In this document: one piece after another, positions 1 to 16,961 of the stretch
Numbering within the stretch: the first letter of the stretch is position 1
Layout: each line of letters starts with the position of its first letter
Assembly (NCBI RefSeq): GCF_006345805.1
Contig: NC_043006.1
Span: 68,138,001 to 68,202,000, forward strand
DNA length: 64,000 bases
From: Octopus sinensis
Lineage: Eukaryota
Direction: 5' to 3'
Notes under the pieces: model-generated
Told to the model about the DNA's origin: nothing
Database searches by the model: none
What the model saw: only the letters and a program-made list of their open reading frames with translations
Position numbers and translations under genes: made by a program

Positions 1-333
1 TCGCGATCGTGAGTGCAACACCTTAACCACTAGGCCATGCGTCCTCACATACCTCATACCCATTCACACAGATATTCATTTTTAGACATACAATCAGATC
101 AAGAAGCGTTTTTCACTGTTTCCTTGATGAAACAACTTGCAAGTTGCAAGTAAAATTTGAAATATATAGAATAATGGCGGTGCTCCAGCATGGCCACTGT
201 CATTAGACTGAAACATATAAAAGAATAAGAGAATAACATGCCCTGATTAATTAAAAGGTGTCGAAGACTTCTTACAATTTTCTAAGGCGAAGTATACATG
301 TACAACACATAAGCACGTGTGTGATTAAGCACG

Positions 334-562
<229 letters not shown>

Positions 563-611
563 ATTGTGGCCATCAGTGTATAAGAACATTTCATAATCTG
601 GTCAATACAGT

Positions 612-646
<35 letters not shown>

Positions 647-1154
647 CTATGTATATAAGCATACGTTCTAGTAACTGATATCCGCAGACACCTATGAATT
701 TGCAGATCCACTCAACCCTACGTAGCCATATTAACCAAACTATATATAATACAGCCCTGGTAAAACAGACTTACCATATTTGCAGTTTAATTTACTTTAG
801 TTGAAGGTTCTAGATAGTTTCTGCGACTTGTCTGGGTTGTTGCACACAGGTAAAAAAATACAGGTGGGTTGTTGCAAACAGGTAAAAAATACAGGTGGCG
901 CACACGGATTGAATGTCACTGCTCAGTAGGACTTAAAGTGATCCGGCATGAGTCAGTTATGGCAAGAATCGGCAAACATTAAGCTTTATTATATGGAAAC
1001 CAACACATCCACCTTACCCAAACCCCCACCGTCACAGGAGATGGTGGTGGTGGTGGTAACGGGGATGGGTGTGATTTGATTGACCAATGGATGATGGCAG
1101 CTAGACAACTACCCGCACTCCTGCGTCAATGTAGATATATGTAAATAACACTAT

Positions 1155-1197
<43 letters not shown>

Positions 1198-2269
1198 CAT
1201 GCATGCATGCATGTATGTATGTATGTATGTATGTGTGTGTGTGTGTGTGTGTGTATATGTATGTATGAGTGCATGCATGTATTTAATTATGTATGCATGT
1301 GTATGTATGTAACAACACACATACATAGATACGCGCGCGCTCACACACTCACACACACACACTCACACACACACACACACACTCACACACACATCTTAAT
1401 GTATGTATATATAATATGTACATAATTAATTTCATGTGTCCACATGCTTCTGGCCTTTGTCCATTAAGATCTCTCTGCATTTTCTATTTGAACTAAACAC
1501 GCACCTGTGCGTGCGTGCGTGCGTGTGTATGTAATGCCAGGGTAGACAAGTTATAACAAGTTGTCACCTGACAGTTGCAGAGCAACAGACACTTGTTGGT
1601 GTCCCTCCTTCATCCCTCTCTGTCCCTTCTACTCTAGGATTGTTGGCTCTCTGTTGGGGGTTACCTAGCAACAACAACAACAGCAACAGTTTGAACAGAG
1701 TTTTCCTACACAACACACTCCTTCGCATTCATATGCACGCAATGTTTGGTTAGCAACGAGATGTTTTGTATTAATGATTGGCGAAATAGCTTAAGCAAGT
1801 GGTTACATGTATCAACCATTGTTATAGATTCTCACTTAAACACACACGCATTTAGTGTACATAATAAGGGAGAGAGTTTAAGGGATGTAGAAGGAGGTGA
1901 GGAGTTCACGTGTGTGTGTACACCGGATTTGTGTGTTCTACACACACACACACACACACACACACTCTCTCTCTCTCTCTCTTGCTTTCTCTCTCTCACA
2001 CACATATACACTCACACACACACCACTCAAGTGTATAAGAAAAGTAATTTAAGGTAGACAATCCCCGGGCGGGAGTTCGAATTGTTTGTTGACCAACTGT
2101 TGCCATAGAAATAAGATCAGACATAAACAGCATTTAAAGACTACGTTCAAATCAATGGTGGTGAAAGTTAGCAAGTGTGAAACCTCCTGGGACTTAGCGG
2201 GGGTGGGGAGGGGACAGTGAGATTAGTAGAATTTTTAATAAATTATGATATTAATTGTTATTGCTCCCT

Positions 2270-2325
2270 TGTGGTGCACCTGAGCACTGTATACAATAAT
2301 TTCATTATTATTATTATTATTTCAT
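2270..2325 (+). mobile_element. 3' tail fragment of the same CR1-type LINE family
   Basis: gtgcacctgagcactgtatacaat followed by (ATT)n matches 4284-4330. Confidence 0.65.
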
Positions 2326-2858
2326 TATTGTTTAATCATTATGTTATATACCACTCCTTTCCCAGAGAAACAAATGTATATAGATGCAGGCGTGGTCGTG
2401 TAGCTAAGAAGCTTGCTTTCCAACCATGTGGTTTTGGTTTCGGTCTCATTGCGCAGTACTTTCGGCGAGTGTCTTCTACTATAGCTCTGAGCTGACCAAA
2501 GCCTTGGTTGTTCTGTGTGATTTTTTTCTTCTTCTTAGGACTGAGGGTTGTGTTCTTCACCAAAACACTTCATCTCACGTTGCTCTTCGATCACTCCGGC
2601 GCCTGGCATTTGGTACGCCGTGCACCTATCAGGGGCCGATTTGATGGAGCCAGTCAGTTAATGTACAGAACATACATTTGATCACTACAAACAAATCATT
2701 TGTGCAGGTCGTTCAGCAAACACTGAACACTCATCATACGTCGTCTTGGATTTGGATGCGAGATGCCATCATATATATATATATATATATGGTGATCTTT
2801 CGTTAATGAATGCCACACACACACAGACGCACATACATATATATACGCATATATATAT

Positions 2859-3280
2859 AGGGCGCGATGGGTAAATTGTAGCCATTTCATATTTTTAATT
2901 TCGCGCATACCCATTGTTCGTTTTTGATTTTGTCGACTACACAGTTTAGTAGGGTCAGCAGGATACCGTCTGTGAGAGAAACAACACCATGAGAAAGTTC
3001 ACTCAGTCAGAAATTTGGAAACGACTTGCTGTACAGCAATATGAACATTTCAGAGTATGCGCCAGGAATGGGCTTCGATTCCGCAAGAAGAGGTGCGCGC
3101 CGCGTGTGAAGCATTCGCATCTAGACTTAAGGCTGTTATTCGAAACAGAGGTGGTCCTATCGAATATATGTGTTAGTGTCATAACTGTACTTCCTTTACT
3201 ATTGCATTGCCATGCCCGGACCCGAAATATAACTATTTTGCTTTGTCAAAAACTGAAAAAAAGTTAAATTGGTTCCCTTA
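2859..3280 (+). mobile_element. Tc1/mariner transposon remnant
   Basis: 3052-3176 translates to QSMRQEWASIPQEEVRAACEAFASRLKAVIRNRGGPIEYMC*, typical of the Tc1/mariner transposase C-terminus. Confidence 0.75.
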
Positions 3281-3282
3281 AT

Positions 3283-3454
3283 ACATACATACATACATAC
3301 ATACATACATACATACATACACACATACATACATGCATGCATGCATGCATGCGTGCGTACGTACGTACGTACGTATGTATGTATGTATGTATGTATGTAT
3401 GTATGTATGTATGTATGTATGTATGCATGCATGTATGTATGTATGTATGTATGT
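3283..3454. repeat. Compound microsatellite (ACAT)n/(GCAT)/(GTAC)/(GTAT)n
   Basis: Direct reading; the left and right halves are partly inverted. Confidence 0.95.
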
Positions 3455-3455
3455 A

Positions 3456-4405
<950 letters not shown>

Positions 4406-4644
4406 ATATATATATACAGAAAAGAGGAGGCCGCCAGAACTTTGGAAAAATGATTTTTTTATTTAGTCATTATTAGTAGCGCTTTCAAACATGTTGTTTA
4501 TTTATATAAAAGATGATTTTTTTGTTTTGCTTTTTTGGGGTTGCGGTTGCAGGGCAATGGAGATAGAGGGGTAGATAGCTAGCTAGCTAGATAGACAGAT
4601 AGATATATATATAGACAGACAGACAGATATATAGATAGACAGTT

Positions 4645-4728
<84 letters not shown>

Positions 4729-5354
4729 TAGATAGATAGATAAAGGGGAGGGGGGAGGGCGGGACCTTCTTCAATTTTGACTTCCATTTATTTATTTATT
4801 TAGTCATTACCATTTTCTTGAAAAGATGGGGTGCGATCATCACTTAGAACATTTTTGTTTTTTGCTTTTTTTCCCTTTTTTTGCATAAGGTGCCAGAGAG
4901 AAGATAAAAGGTTCTATGAAAATTTAAATGTGTGTGTGAGTTCATGTATTTGGAAATATGTCTATGTTGCACTGTAATTTCGATGTTTTGCATTGAAAAA
5001 TAAAGTCAGGTTTCTTTTAATTTCATGTTTTTGCATGAAAAAAAAAACATTAGTACAATATCCAGACAGTTAGGTGATACAAAAATGAGACAACAAAACA
5101 TCCAGATAGACGATACAAAGAAAACAAGGACGGGTCATTCGGAGTTTTCTTTCCTTAATATATACATACATATATGTGTGTGTGTGTGTGAGTGTGGTTA
5201 GACGATTTAGCGTCTATTTTTCAGCATGTTGGCAAATAAATTTTTTTTCTTTCTTGCCCTTATTTATAATTGCATAATTTTCACCTTAAAAGATATTTTT
5301 CATATGCTGGCCACTGATACAAATTTTTAATAAAATTTTATCTTTATATTAGAA

Positions 5355-5526
<172 letters not shown>

Positions 5527-5691
5527 ATAGGCGTAGGAGTAGCTGTAAGGTAGGTAACTTGCCTACCAACCACATGATTCCGGGTTCAATCCCACTGCGT
5601 GGCACCTTGAGCAGTGTCTTCTACTAAATCCTCGGGCCGACCAAAGCCCTGTCAATGGATTTGGCAGACGGAAACTGAATGAAACCTCTCG

Positions 5692-7816
<2,125 letters not shown>

Positions 7817-8882
7817 GAAGAGAGAGAGAGAGAGATAGAGAGAGAGGCATTTAAACTAGGAATACATAGAAGCAAAACAGAAGACAAAGGATAAATATAA
7901 GTTGAAGATACTAGATAAACAGTGAAAGTTTATGTAACATTAGTGCGTTTCTGTCTTGTCAATTGTCCATTATTATAGACTATTGTTACTGTTGCAGTCA
8001 ACGGTATGTGTCTTATCTCGCTGTTCGCTTTAAGTAGATATTTATGTTGATAATGATAATTAAGTCAGCCGACTTAATTATCTTTACCAACACGAGTTTT
8101 GTGTCATTATTCCTGGTAGCATCTGTCCTTCAGTCCCGACCCCTCAAAAACAGCCAGGCTGATGGCTGAAACTTTACTTTTAGACATGTTCCTTCATACC
8201 ACACCCCACTCAACAGAAAGCCAGATGTTCCGAGTTCGGGGGTGGAAGAGATGGCCTACAACGTCTGGAAAATCTCACCCATTCTTCAAAACTGAGAGGC
8301 GCTCACCTAGCTGCGCAGTTCTTGTAAAACCACTATTCGGTGTGCAAAAGATGACTCCGTGTATCACATAATGGCCCTCAAACATTCTTGCTGTCCAAAC
8401 TGCAACCGATCCTTCTGGACCCTTACCAAAATGATCTCTTGCAACTTTGCGGAGCCCTCTTAATATCCTCTTCTCATCTTTTAGCACTCGGAGTATTTTA
8501 CCAAATGTAATGCTTATTTATTCACATTATTTTGAATTAATCATGCATTATTTCATAGATTCGAAAATTTCCATGATGTGATTGTTTATTTTTAGAATGA
8601 CATTGTAGGGTAGGTGTAAGATTTCAAATCGATACATTTAAATGTCCCTTCGATACATTTAAACAACATACCCCAAGACTTCACCTTTACTGATCGAATT
8701 CTCTAATCTCTCTCTTTCTACAGAGATATTTTGGCAGCACGCTTCAATGTATCCCATTCAAAAGAAAGTCAACTCCTCTGACCCAGCCAGACATATCTCC
8801 AATGCTCTCCAACTATATCCAAAGTAATGGAGACAGCCATAAACACCGAAATTCTCCATCATTTTCAGTCTGTCTGTATGTC

Positions 8883-8943
<61 letters not shown>

Positions 8944-9029
8944 CTATTTATCTATCTATCTACCTATCTATCCATCTATCTCTCTCTTATGACACACACC
9001 TGTAGAGTCTCACTTTAAAGATGTTCAGT

Positions 9030-9420
9030 GAAAGCAATGTTGTTGCCCTGGACATCAGTAAAGCTTTCGACCGTGTCTGCCATGCAAATTTCCAATAAAA
9101 AAAATTCCCACATATAGGATCTCTTGAATCGGTAACTTCCTATCAGGGTGTACTATTGTTGCATGTATTGACGGAGCTCTTTCTGCCCCACTCTCAACCA
9201 GCTCTGGTATTCCGTAGGGTTCGGTTCTGTTCCTCACTCTCTTCAATAACCTACTTTTGTCACATCTAACAACGTCCACCCTTACATAGATGACACGAAC
9301 CTTCATTCCTCCCAAACCTCTAAACATACACATCCACACGTCATTTGGACAACACGCACCAATTTTTCATTGAGTCCATTAACAGAGCCCGTGGCAGTAT
9401 CCTCTGATGGAACCATGGTA
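9030..9420 (+). mobile_element. Decayed non-LTR reverse transcriptase fragment
   Basis: VALDISKAFDRV, SGIP*GSVL and YIDDT motifs, with stops and frameshifts. Confidence 0.8.
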
Positions 9421-9639
9421 ACCTTACCTTTTTTAAGAAAGGGAAAAGGAACACAAATTGAATTACCCAAGTGAACAACTGGAGTTGAAATGTTTTTAGC
9501 AGGACGAAGCTTTTTATTTGGTGTTATGGCACTCTTAAGTCAAGTGTTACTAAGACATGAATTTTTTTTTCTATTTGTGCAAAGCCTAGACACATTTTCT
9601 GCTTCTGCCTTACGATGAAATCTTTTTGCTTTTGGTCTC

Positions 9640-10710
9640 CGATCTGGAATGGACCTGGCTCTGTCGGCCTATCTTTCCTCAGTCTCCTCCAGCCGCACCC
9701 TCATTGGCGAGATACTGCACGAGATAGCCGAACCTGGTGCGGACCAGGAACCGGAGTCAGCCATAACCGATTGGACCGCTGATGGGTTTGCCGTCCCCCA
9801 GAATACGGATATCCAACGCAACTGGGGCGACATCAGCTGCAAATTCACACTCGCGTGGCTAGAGACATCACTAGACCAACGCTGTCAAATAGCGGCGAAT
9901 GGCTCAATTCGGTGCCCTCATCTACTGGCACTCTTCTAAACGATGAGTGTACCCGTATCGGAGTGGTCCAACGCCTCGGTCTCCGCGAGTTAAAGTCGCA
10001 CAAATGTTGCTGTGGAGCGGTAGTATACGAATTCGACTTGCATCCTTTATCCTGCAGCCTTGGAGCGGACCGATTCCCCCGACGTGCCGCTCTGAATGAC
10101 ATAATCTGAAGGGGTCTTGACGCAGCTGGTTTCCCATCTTAACTTGAGCCAGCAGGTTTCGACTGCGATGACGATAAACACCCTCGGCGGGATAACCCTC
10201 TTGCTAATCAAGGGAGGCAGATCTCTAGTCTGGGATGCGACGAGCAGTTACACGTTCTCTGGCTCCAAACTTGCAGCTTTGGCTGCAAACCCAGAAGCCG
10301 CCGCCCATAATGCGGAGGAGAGAAAAACCAATAAATACAGGGGTTTGGCCGGCCGCTATCGGTTTGTGCCGGTTGTCGTCGTTATCCCTATTTTTCTGCA
10401 GATTAGGGATAACGGCAGCCTGTCTGAGAAATCAGCTCCGCGAGGTGGAGTGACCGCTACAGCAAGCGTCGCTGGCCATTCTCCCCAGTAACGCCATCGC
10501 GATTACCGCAGGGTACACCTGAGCACCCCTCTTGTTCTGGGGTGTGTGGCCCTTCGTCCCCTCCCCATCCGGCTTCCGCTGTTTTACACTCCCTTTTTTT
10601 CCTTTTCTTTCGTTTCATTTCTATTATCTTTTCTTTCCTGTTTCTTTGCATTTAAACGACCAAATAAAATATAAATTGCAATTCACTAACAAAAAAGAAA
10701 AAAAGAAAAC
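9640..10710 (+). mobile_element. CRE-clade-like (restriction-like endonuclease) non-LTR retrotransposon 3' remnant
   Basis: GEWLNSVPSSTGTLL, a CCHC knuckle (CCCGAVVYEFDLHPLSC), AALNDII, GRSLVWDAT and KTNKYRGLAGRYRFVPVVV, then AATAAA and an A-rich tail at ~10691-10709; frameshifted. Confidence 0.75.
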
Positions 10711-11364
10711 TGTCTGATTCAAGGGAATTTGGCAGTTATTTTTAGCATATCGAACCTAATTTTCTCCTTGGCTCGTAGAGTTCAGTTTGTTACCTTGATT
10801 ACCTTGGTTACCACTGTTGGTTACGTGGTTACCATTGCTAGCAACTTAGTTTGTAGTCAACATATAAACCGAATTAGTCATATTGAACAATAGTAGTAGT
10901 AGTGTTAGTGATAGCGGTGGTGGTGATGGTGGCGATAATGATAGTAGCAGTGGTGATGGTGTGTACTGATGATGATGATGGTGGTGGGGGTGAGGATGAT
11001 CATTATAGTAGTTATGGTGTAGTGGGGAAGTGGCGAGTGTCAGGGTGGTATCATCTGGTGACGGTGGTGTCCACAAAAGTGAAGATGGTAGGAGGTAATA
11101 GAGAAATCATGTCTTATAAACAACTACGAAACGGTTTCAATTTTCGTCCCGGTTTTTCATTCAAAAGCTTTGCGAAACGTATGAATATCACAGCTTAGTA
11201 GTTCGACCTTTAAAGTATATAACCAAGTTTGCTTCCCAACCACATGGTTCCGGGTTCAGTCCCACTGCGTGGAACCTTGGGCAAGTGTCTTCTACTGTAG
11301 CCTCGAGCCGACGAAAGCCTTGTGAGTGGATTTGGTAGACGGAAACTAAAAGAAGTCTGTCGTA

Positions 11365-12143
11365 TCTATTACATATATGGAAATCTGTGGGTGTGATGTT
11401 TGTTTCGTTGTTATCTACATCGTTTTATCGATTTTGATGAAACTTGACTTGTGAATAGAATTCATGTCTGGAAAACTAGTGACATACTTAGATTGCTGAA
11501 AAAAAATCGATAATAGGGCCCCTGGAAGAGATTCTTATATCTACTACATATAACTAATATATTTTTAAACATCAAAGGTAAATAACCCATTCGTTCCTGA
11601 AAGGGATCCTTATATTTAACCAAGGGAAATAACCCAGTCATGTTCGTAAATTATTTCGTATAAATCAAATTGAGCATGCTTATTTCTTAGTATTTGAACT
11701 ATTTGAGTTATTTTCGCAATTTAGCCAGTACAACGCTTAAACAAGTAAATAGTATTTTCCTAAACAATAGATCCACTTATTTCGGTTAGTGACTTATTCA
11801 CGAATATACCAACACTAGCGCCACTGAGGTTAATATTCTCTGCGAACGCACAAAAGCTTTTTTCAGAGTTATTTACTTTGAATTGTTATTATCTCCTATC
11901 TGATTAGCCTCTTATTACGTAACATGCTTCACGATTTTAGTATACATACCTTATTAGTATTTCCTCCTAAGTTCTTTAAAACCTGTCTTGTGTAAGACAG
12001 TTCGGTATTCTCAATAAATGCACAAAAACCGTTTTAAGGGCTACATACTTTGTATTGTTGTTAATGGATTAGTGAAACAATTATGAGAACGCAACCAAAG
12101 GATAAGCTCCGCTTTCCCGGGAATTGCCGGGTACGTCAGCTAG
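11365..12143 (+). mobile_element. Non-autonomous Helitron-like element inserted in a SINE
   Basis: Starts TC after A (11364) and ends with a cccggg..gccggg hairpin then CTAG before T (12144). It splits a SINE at its gtcgta|tatata junction. Confidence 0.7.
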
Positions 12144-12429
12144 TATATATATATATATATATATATTTAGTACAAAGTAAGATAGGGGTTATGAGTGTAA
12201 CCCACTATGGGATATCAGTTATACAATATATTGCTGGTGAAGGACCCAAATGACAAATACTTAAATGCTTATAATTGCAATGCAATTAATTCATTTATTG
12301 TATCGGTTGGGCGAAGGTAAAATATATTGTTCGATTTTGATGTTCTTACTTATATAGTTAAATAATATGAAATGGTAATATCTGTAAGTTGATGATTGAA
12401 ATGAATTTGTTCCTCCATTTTCTTATTTG

Positions 12430-12463
<34 letters not shown>

Positions 12464-12509
12464 TCTAGTTTCAGCTCAGAGCTGCGGCCATGCTGATGCA
12501 CCGCCGTTA

Positions 12510-12545
<36 letters not shown>

Positions 12546-12795
12546 TGTATGTATGTATGTATGTATGTATAAGCATGTATGTATTTGATATTTGTGTCTG
12601 TGTTTGTCCCCCACCATCGCTTCACAACCGATGTTGGTGTGTTTACGTACTCGTAACCTAGCGGTTCGGCAAAAATGGAACGACGAAATAAGTCCTGGGG
12701 TCGATTTGTTCGACTAAAGGTGGTGCACAAGTATGAACGCAGTCAAATGACTGAAACAAGTAAAAGAATGAAGTAAAAGAATGAAATAAATGGTA

Positions 12796-12849
<54 letters not shown>

Positions 12850-14545
12850 GGTGGTGGTTGTTAAGCAACAAGACGGATAAGGGTGATTAGGTGGTGATCT
12901 AGGGCTTAGGGGCGGGAGACCCCAGACCTTGGAAAAAAAAACTTTGGTCGTCTTGTTGTCGTCGAGGGCTCTTCGTTGACGCTCGACACTACTGGGAGGT
13001 AGCCCTCGAAGTCGCTGGAAATGGAGATCTCCAGGTCCAAATTCTTGAACGGCTGGTGGTGGTGGTGGTGGCGGTGGCAGAGTGAAGCGGAAATTCTATT
13101 TCTTTTGACTTGTTTCAGTCATTGGACTGTGGCCACGCTGGGGCAACGCCTCAAAAGGTTTAGTCGAACAAATCGATCCCAGTACATAAGTCAGGTACTT
13201 ATTCTATCGGTTTCTCAAGCCGAACCGCCAAGTCACGGGGACGTAAACAAACCAGCACCGGTTGTCAAGCTGTGGTGGACGGGGACACACACACACATAC
13301 ATGTGCACGACGGTCTCCGGCATAGCTTCGGTCTACCGAATTTACTCGCAAAGTCCTAAGGTCCAAGGTGCAGCGCACTGGAAACGATCTCGAAACCACG
13401 TAGTTGCAAAGCGAGCTTCTTAAGAACACAGCCATGTCTACGTGTTGTTTTTGTGAAGTTTGATTATTTTTATGAACTGTCAGCATTAAAAGTACTGTGA
13501 GGGAACGTGGTATTTATTTGTTCTGAGTTCAAATCCTGACGCCTTCTACTCATAACCATCCCGTTTTTCTTTTCAGACTTGGTGTATTTGTGTTATTCAA
13601 TGTGCCCTTCACTTTTTAAAACGGTAGGCTATGATTTGAAAGATTTAATGGTTCTTCAGAGTAAGACAGCCACCCACCCTACCGACAAAGGATTTCCAGC
13701 TCTTAGCTGCCTGAACCATTGTTGTTTGTTCCTTCTCGAGCCTGGCTCATAAGGGGCGGTTTCCCGGTTTCCTTGGCGTATAGGTTCCCCACCTGGATGG
13801 GTCGCCGGTCTGTCGCAGGTCAGCTGCAAGATGCAGGAGGAAAGAACGTTGTGGTGAAAGAGTCAGCATTCCTTCTGCCGGAACCGCGTGGGGCTTAGGT
13901 GTTTCACTCATAAACACACACATCGCCCAGTCTGAGATTCGAACCCGCGATCCCTCGACCGCGCGATTCCGCTGCTCTAACCACTAGGCCATGTGCCTCC
14001 ACTGTCTGAACCATACTTAACCTTAAAATGTTAACTTACACATTAGAACTTAACCAAGTGTGGCAGTTGAGTCTCATAGATGTTTGAATGCTAATGCTGA
14101 GAATGATAGGAAAGGAACTAGTAGAAAAATGTAGGTTCGGTTTCGAACCCTGACTTAGAATCTAAGAAGCTATTTATTAGATATGACCCATATATATCAT
14201 TCTGCTAGAGTAAGTCTACGTTGGTAAATATTTAACAATACTTGATACGCTGCATCACATACTCTATTACTTGTTTCAGTCATTTGACTGCTGCCATGCT
14301 GGAGCACCGCCTTTAGTGGAGCAAATCGACCCCAGGACTTATTCTTTGGAAGCCTAGTACCTATTCTATCGGTCTCTTTTTGCCGAACCGTTAAGTTACG
14401 GGGACGTAAACACACCAGCATCGGTTGTCAAGTGATGCTGGGGAGACAAACGCAGACACACAAACATATACACACACATACATATATATATATATACATA
14501 TATACGACGGGCTTCTTTCAGTTTCCGTCTACCAAATCCACTAAC

Positions 14546-14785
14546 GGTACTACTTGAGAACAGTGGTCCCGGTGCGCGCACTCGCGTAGTCGCGCATCCT
14601 ACAACGACTACCTAGCAAAGTAAATAAAACACATAATAAATTTTTTTACACAAAGTAAATAATTTTTTAAACAAAGTAAATAACACACAAAAACACAAAG
14701 TAAGGATCGACTAGTCATGACTAGCTAGTGCAGACGCGCGAGCACGCGGGTGCGTGCACCGGGACCACTGTTCTCAAGTAGTACC
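14546..14785. mobile_element. MITE with GGTAC termini (Merlin-like), inserted in a SINE
   Basis: TIRs of ~36 bp or more (GGTACTACTTGAGAACAGTGGTCCCGGTGC...). The host motif tccactcac is duplicated on both sides (9 bp, one mismatch each). Confidence 0.85.
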
Positions 14786-15138
14786 TCCATTCACAAGGCT
14801 TTGGTCGGCCCGAGGCTACAGTAGAAGACACTTGCCCAAGGTGCCACGCAGTGGGAATGAACCAGGAACCATGTGGTTTTTAAGCAAGCTACTTACCACA
14901 CAGCCACTCCTGCGCCTGCACTCACGCTTATTTTCATATGAGAAGGCTATTCACATGACTAAACATGACTATTGCTCCAATGAACGGGGCATAGTAGCTG
15001 ACCCACTGAGTTGTGGATTCTAAAAAAGGCATAACAGCAGTATAGATGTGGCTGTAACTATGATTTAGAATTGTGCTTGGAAACCATGCGATTCTGTGAT
15101 CAATCCTACTGCGTAGCACTTACGGCAATTATCTTGTA

Positions 15139-15549
15139 TTGGGTTGGCAACTAAGTTCCCGCCGTTTTTTAAATTTTTTTAAATTTAAATGTTTTAAAAG
15201 GTTTAATAAAAAATATCAACTAATCAATCAATAATGTATTCGCCCTTGTTGTTTACAACTTCTTCCCAACGTTCAACAAGATTTTCAATACCTCGTTGGT
15301 AGAAATCACACTATTTCGACTCGAAAATTTGATCCAACCAACCTCTCAATTCTGCATCAATATTGAACGAAACTCCGCGCATAGTATTTAAAAGAGATCG
15401 AAAGAGGTGGACATCCGTTGGTGCCAAATCAGGAGATTACGGCGAGTGTGGCAGCACTCCCCAGGCATGCGTTCAAACGCTTCCCCATATATACATTTAT
15501 ATGCTATAAAAAAGAAAATTTAAGAAATTATGAATTTTTTGGCAACCCT
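15139..15549 (-). mobile_element. Mariner transposon remnant
   Basis: The minus strand gives EVLPHSP*SPDLAPTDVHLFRSL...RGIENLVERWEEVVNNKGEYIID (YSPDLAP-type motif); TIR-like ttgggttggcaac after TA. Confidence 0.85.
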
Positions 15550-15762
15550 ACTCCCTGCCCCCGATTATTTCTGTTTAGATTTTAAAATATCGGGGAGCCT
15601 GAGAAGGTCATTGCTGGCATTTATCCACAGTGATTTTAAAAAATTACGGAGATGTACTTGCATAGCAAGTGATTTGATCTGAGATCGTGTGCTGAAACAA
15701 AAACAATTGCAGCGCGGATGTTTGTAAGCCATTCAAGAACACACAGAAACCGTTAGTTTCAC

Positions 15763-16199
15763 GGCACTACTTAAATAGAGGTTCCAACGCTTCTACGTAA
15801 CGATATGAAGGGGAGAAGGGCGGCGAGCTGGCAGAAACGTTAGCACGCCGGGCGAAATACGTAGCCGTATTTCGTCTGCCGTTACGTTCTGAGTTCAAAT
15901 TCCGCGAGGTCGACTTTGCCTTTCATCCTTTCGGGGTCGATAAATTAAGTACCAGTTACGCACTGGGGTCGATGTAATCGACTTAATCCGTTTGTCTGTC
16001 CTTGTTTGGCCCCTTGTGGGTAGTAAAGAAATAGGTATGAAGGGGAGGGTTAGCTTTTAGGGTTAAGATTAGGGCTAGTTTGGGGTTAGTTTAGGGTTAA
16101 GGTGTCATTACACATCCACACAGCGTACATTTAAAATGTTTGTACGTAACACCTGTATTTAAGTAGAACCGTTAAGGGACATCTGTATTTAAGTAGTAC
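15763..16199. mobile_element. Second GG-ended MITE family, carrying a SINE and degenerate TTAGGG repeats
   Basis: TSD (t)agtttcac at 15754-15762 and 16200-16208; termini ggcactacttaaatag / tatttaagtagtac. It sits inside another MITE that starts ttacggagatgtacttgca at 15644. Confidence 0.65.
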
Positions 16200-16384
16200 T
16201 AGTTTCACTGCTATTAAAATTTCATTTGTGTCAAAATATTTTCTTCACTTGGAAACCGCGACGTGTTCACTGACAAAATTTCGCAAAAGTAAGCAGTACG
16301 AAGTTTTGTCAGTGAACAGCACACACACACACGCGCGCGAGTGTGTGTCACTGTTAAAGTCGCTCCTGCAACTCGTTTGTGTAT

Positions 16385-16961
16385 ATTTCTTTATTGCCCA
16401 TAAGGGGCTAAACATAGAGGGAACAAACAAGGACAGATAAAGGGATTAAGTCGAATACATCGAGCCCAGTGCGTAACTAGTACTTAATTTATCGACCCCG
16501 AAAGGATGAAAGGCAAAGTCGACCGCGGCAGAATTTGAACTTAGAACGTAACGGCAGACGAAATACTTATTTCTTTACTACCCACAAGGGGCTAAACACA
16601 GAGAAGACAAACAAGGACAGACAAACGGATTAAGTCGATTATATCGACCCCAGTGCGTTACTGGTACTTATGTAATCGACCCCGAAAGGATGAAAGGCAA
16701 AGTCGACCTCGGCGGAATTTGAACTCAGAACGTAGCGGCAGATGAAGTACCTATTTCTTTACTACACACAAGGGGCTAGACACAGAGGGGACAAACGGAT
16801 TAAGTCGATCACATCGACCCTAGTGCGTAACTGGTACTTAATTTATCGATCCCGAAAGGATGAAAGGCAAAGTATACCTCGGCGGAATTTGAACTCAGAA
16901 CATAACGACAGACGAAATACGGCTACACATTTCGCCCGGCGTTTCTGCCAGCTCGCCGCCT
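16385..16961 (-). mobile_element. tRNA-derived SINE family B, head plus three tandem bodies
   Basis: ggcggcgagctggcagaaac head and B-box gagttcaaattcc repeated about every 183 nt. Other copies at ~15819, 37770, 42295, 45010, 46610, 59033, 61260, 61490 and 62325. Confidence 0.85.

Noticed and set aside
1-50. tRNA-like sequences (also 13940-14001, 37075-37145, 45780-45850 and 52506-52588)
   Set aside because: They are SINE heads with no proper acceptor stem, continuing into SINE bodies or tails.
16385-16961. Regularly spaced repeats as a CRISPR-like array
   Set aside because: The units are whole SINE bodies with no unique spacers, in eukaryotic DNA.
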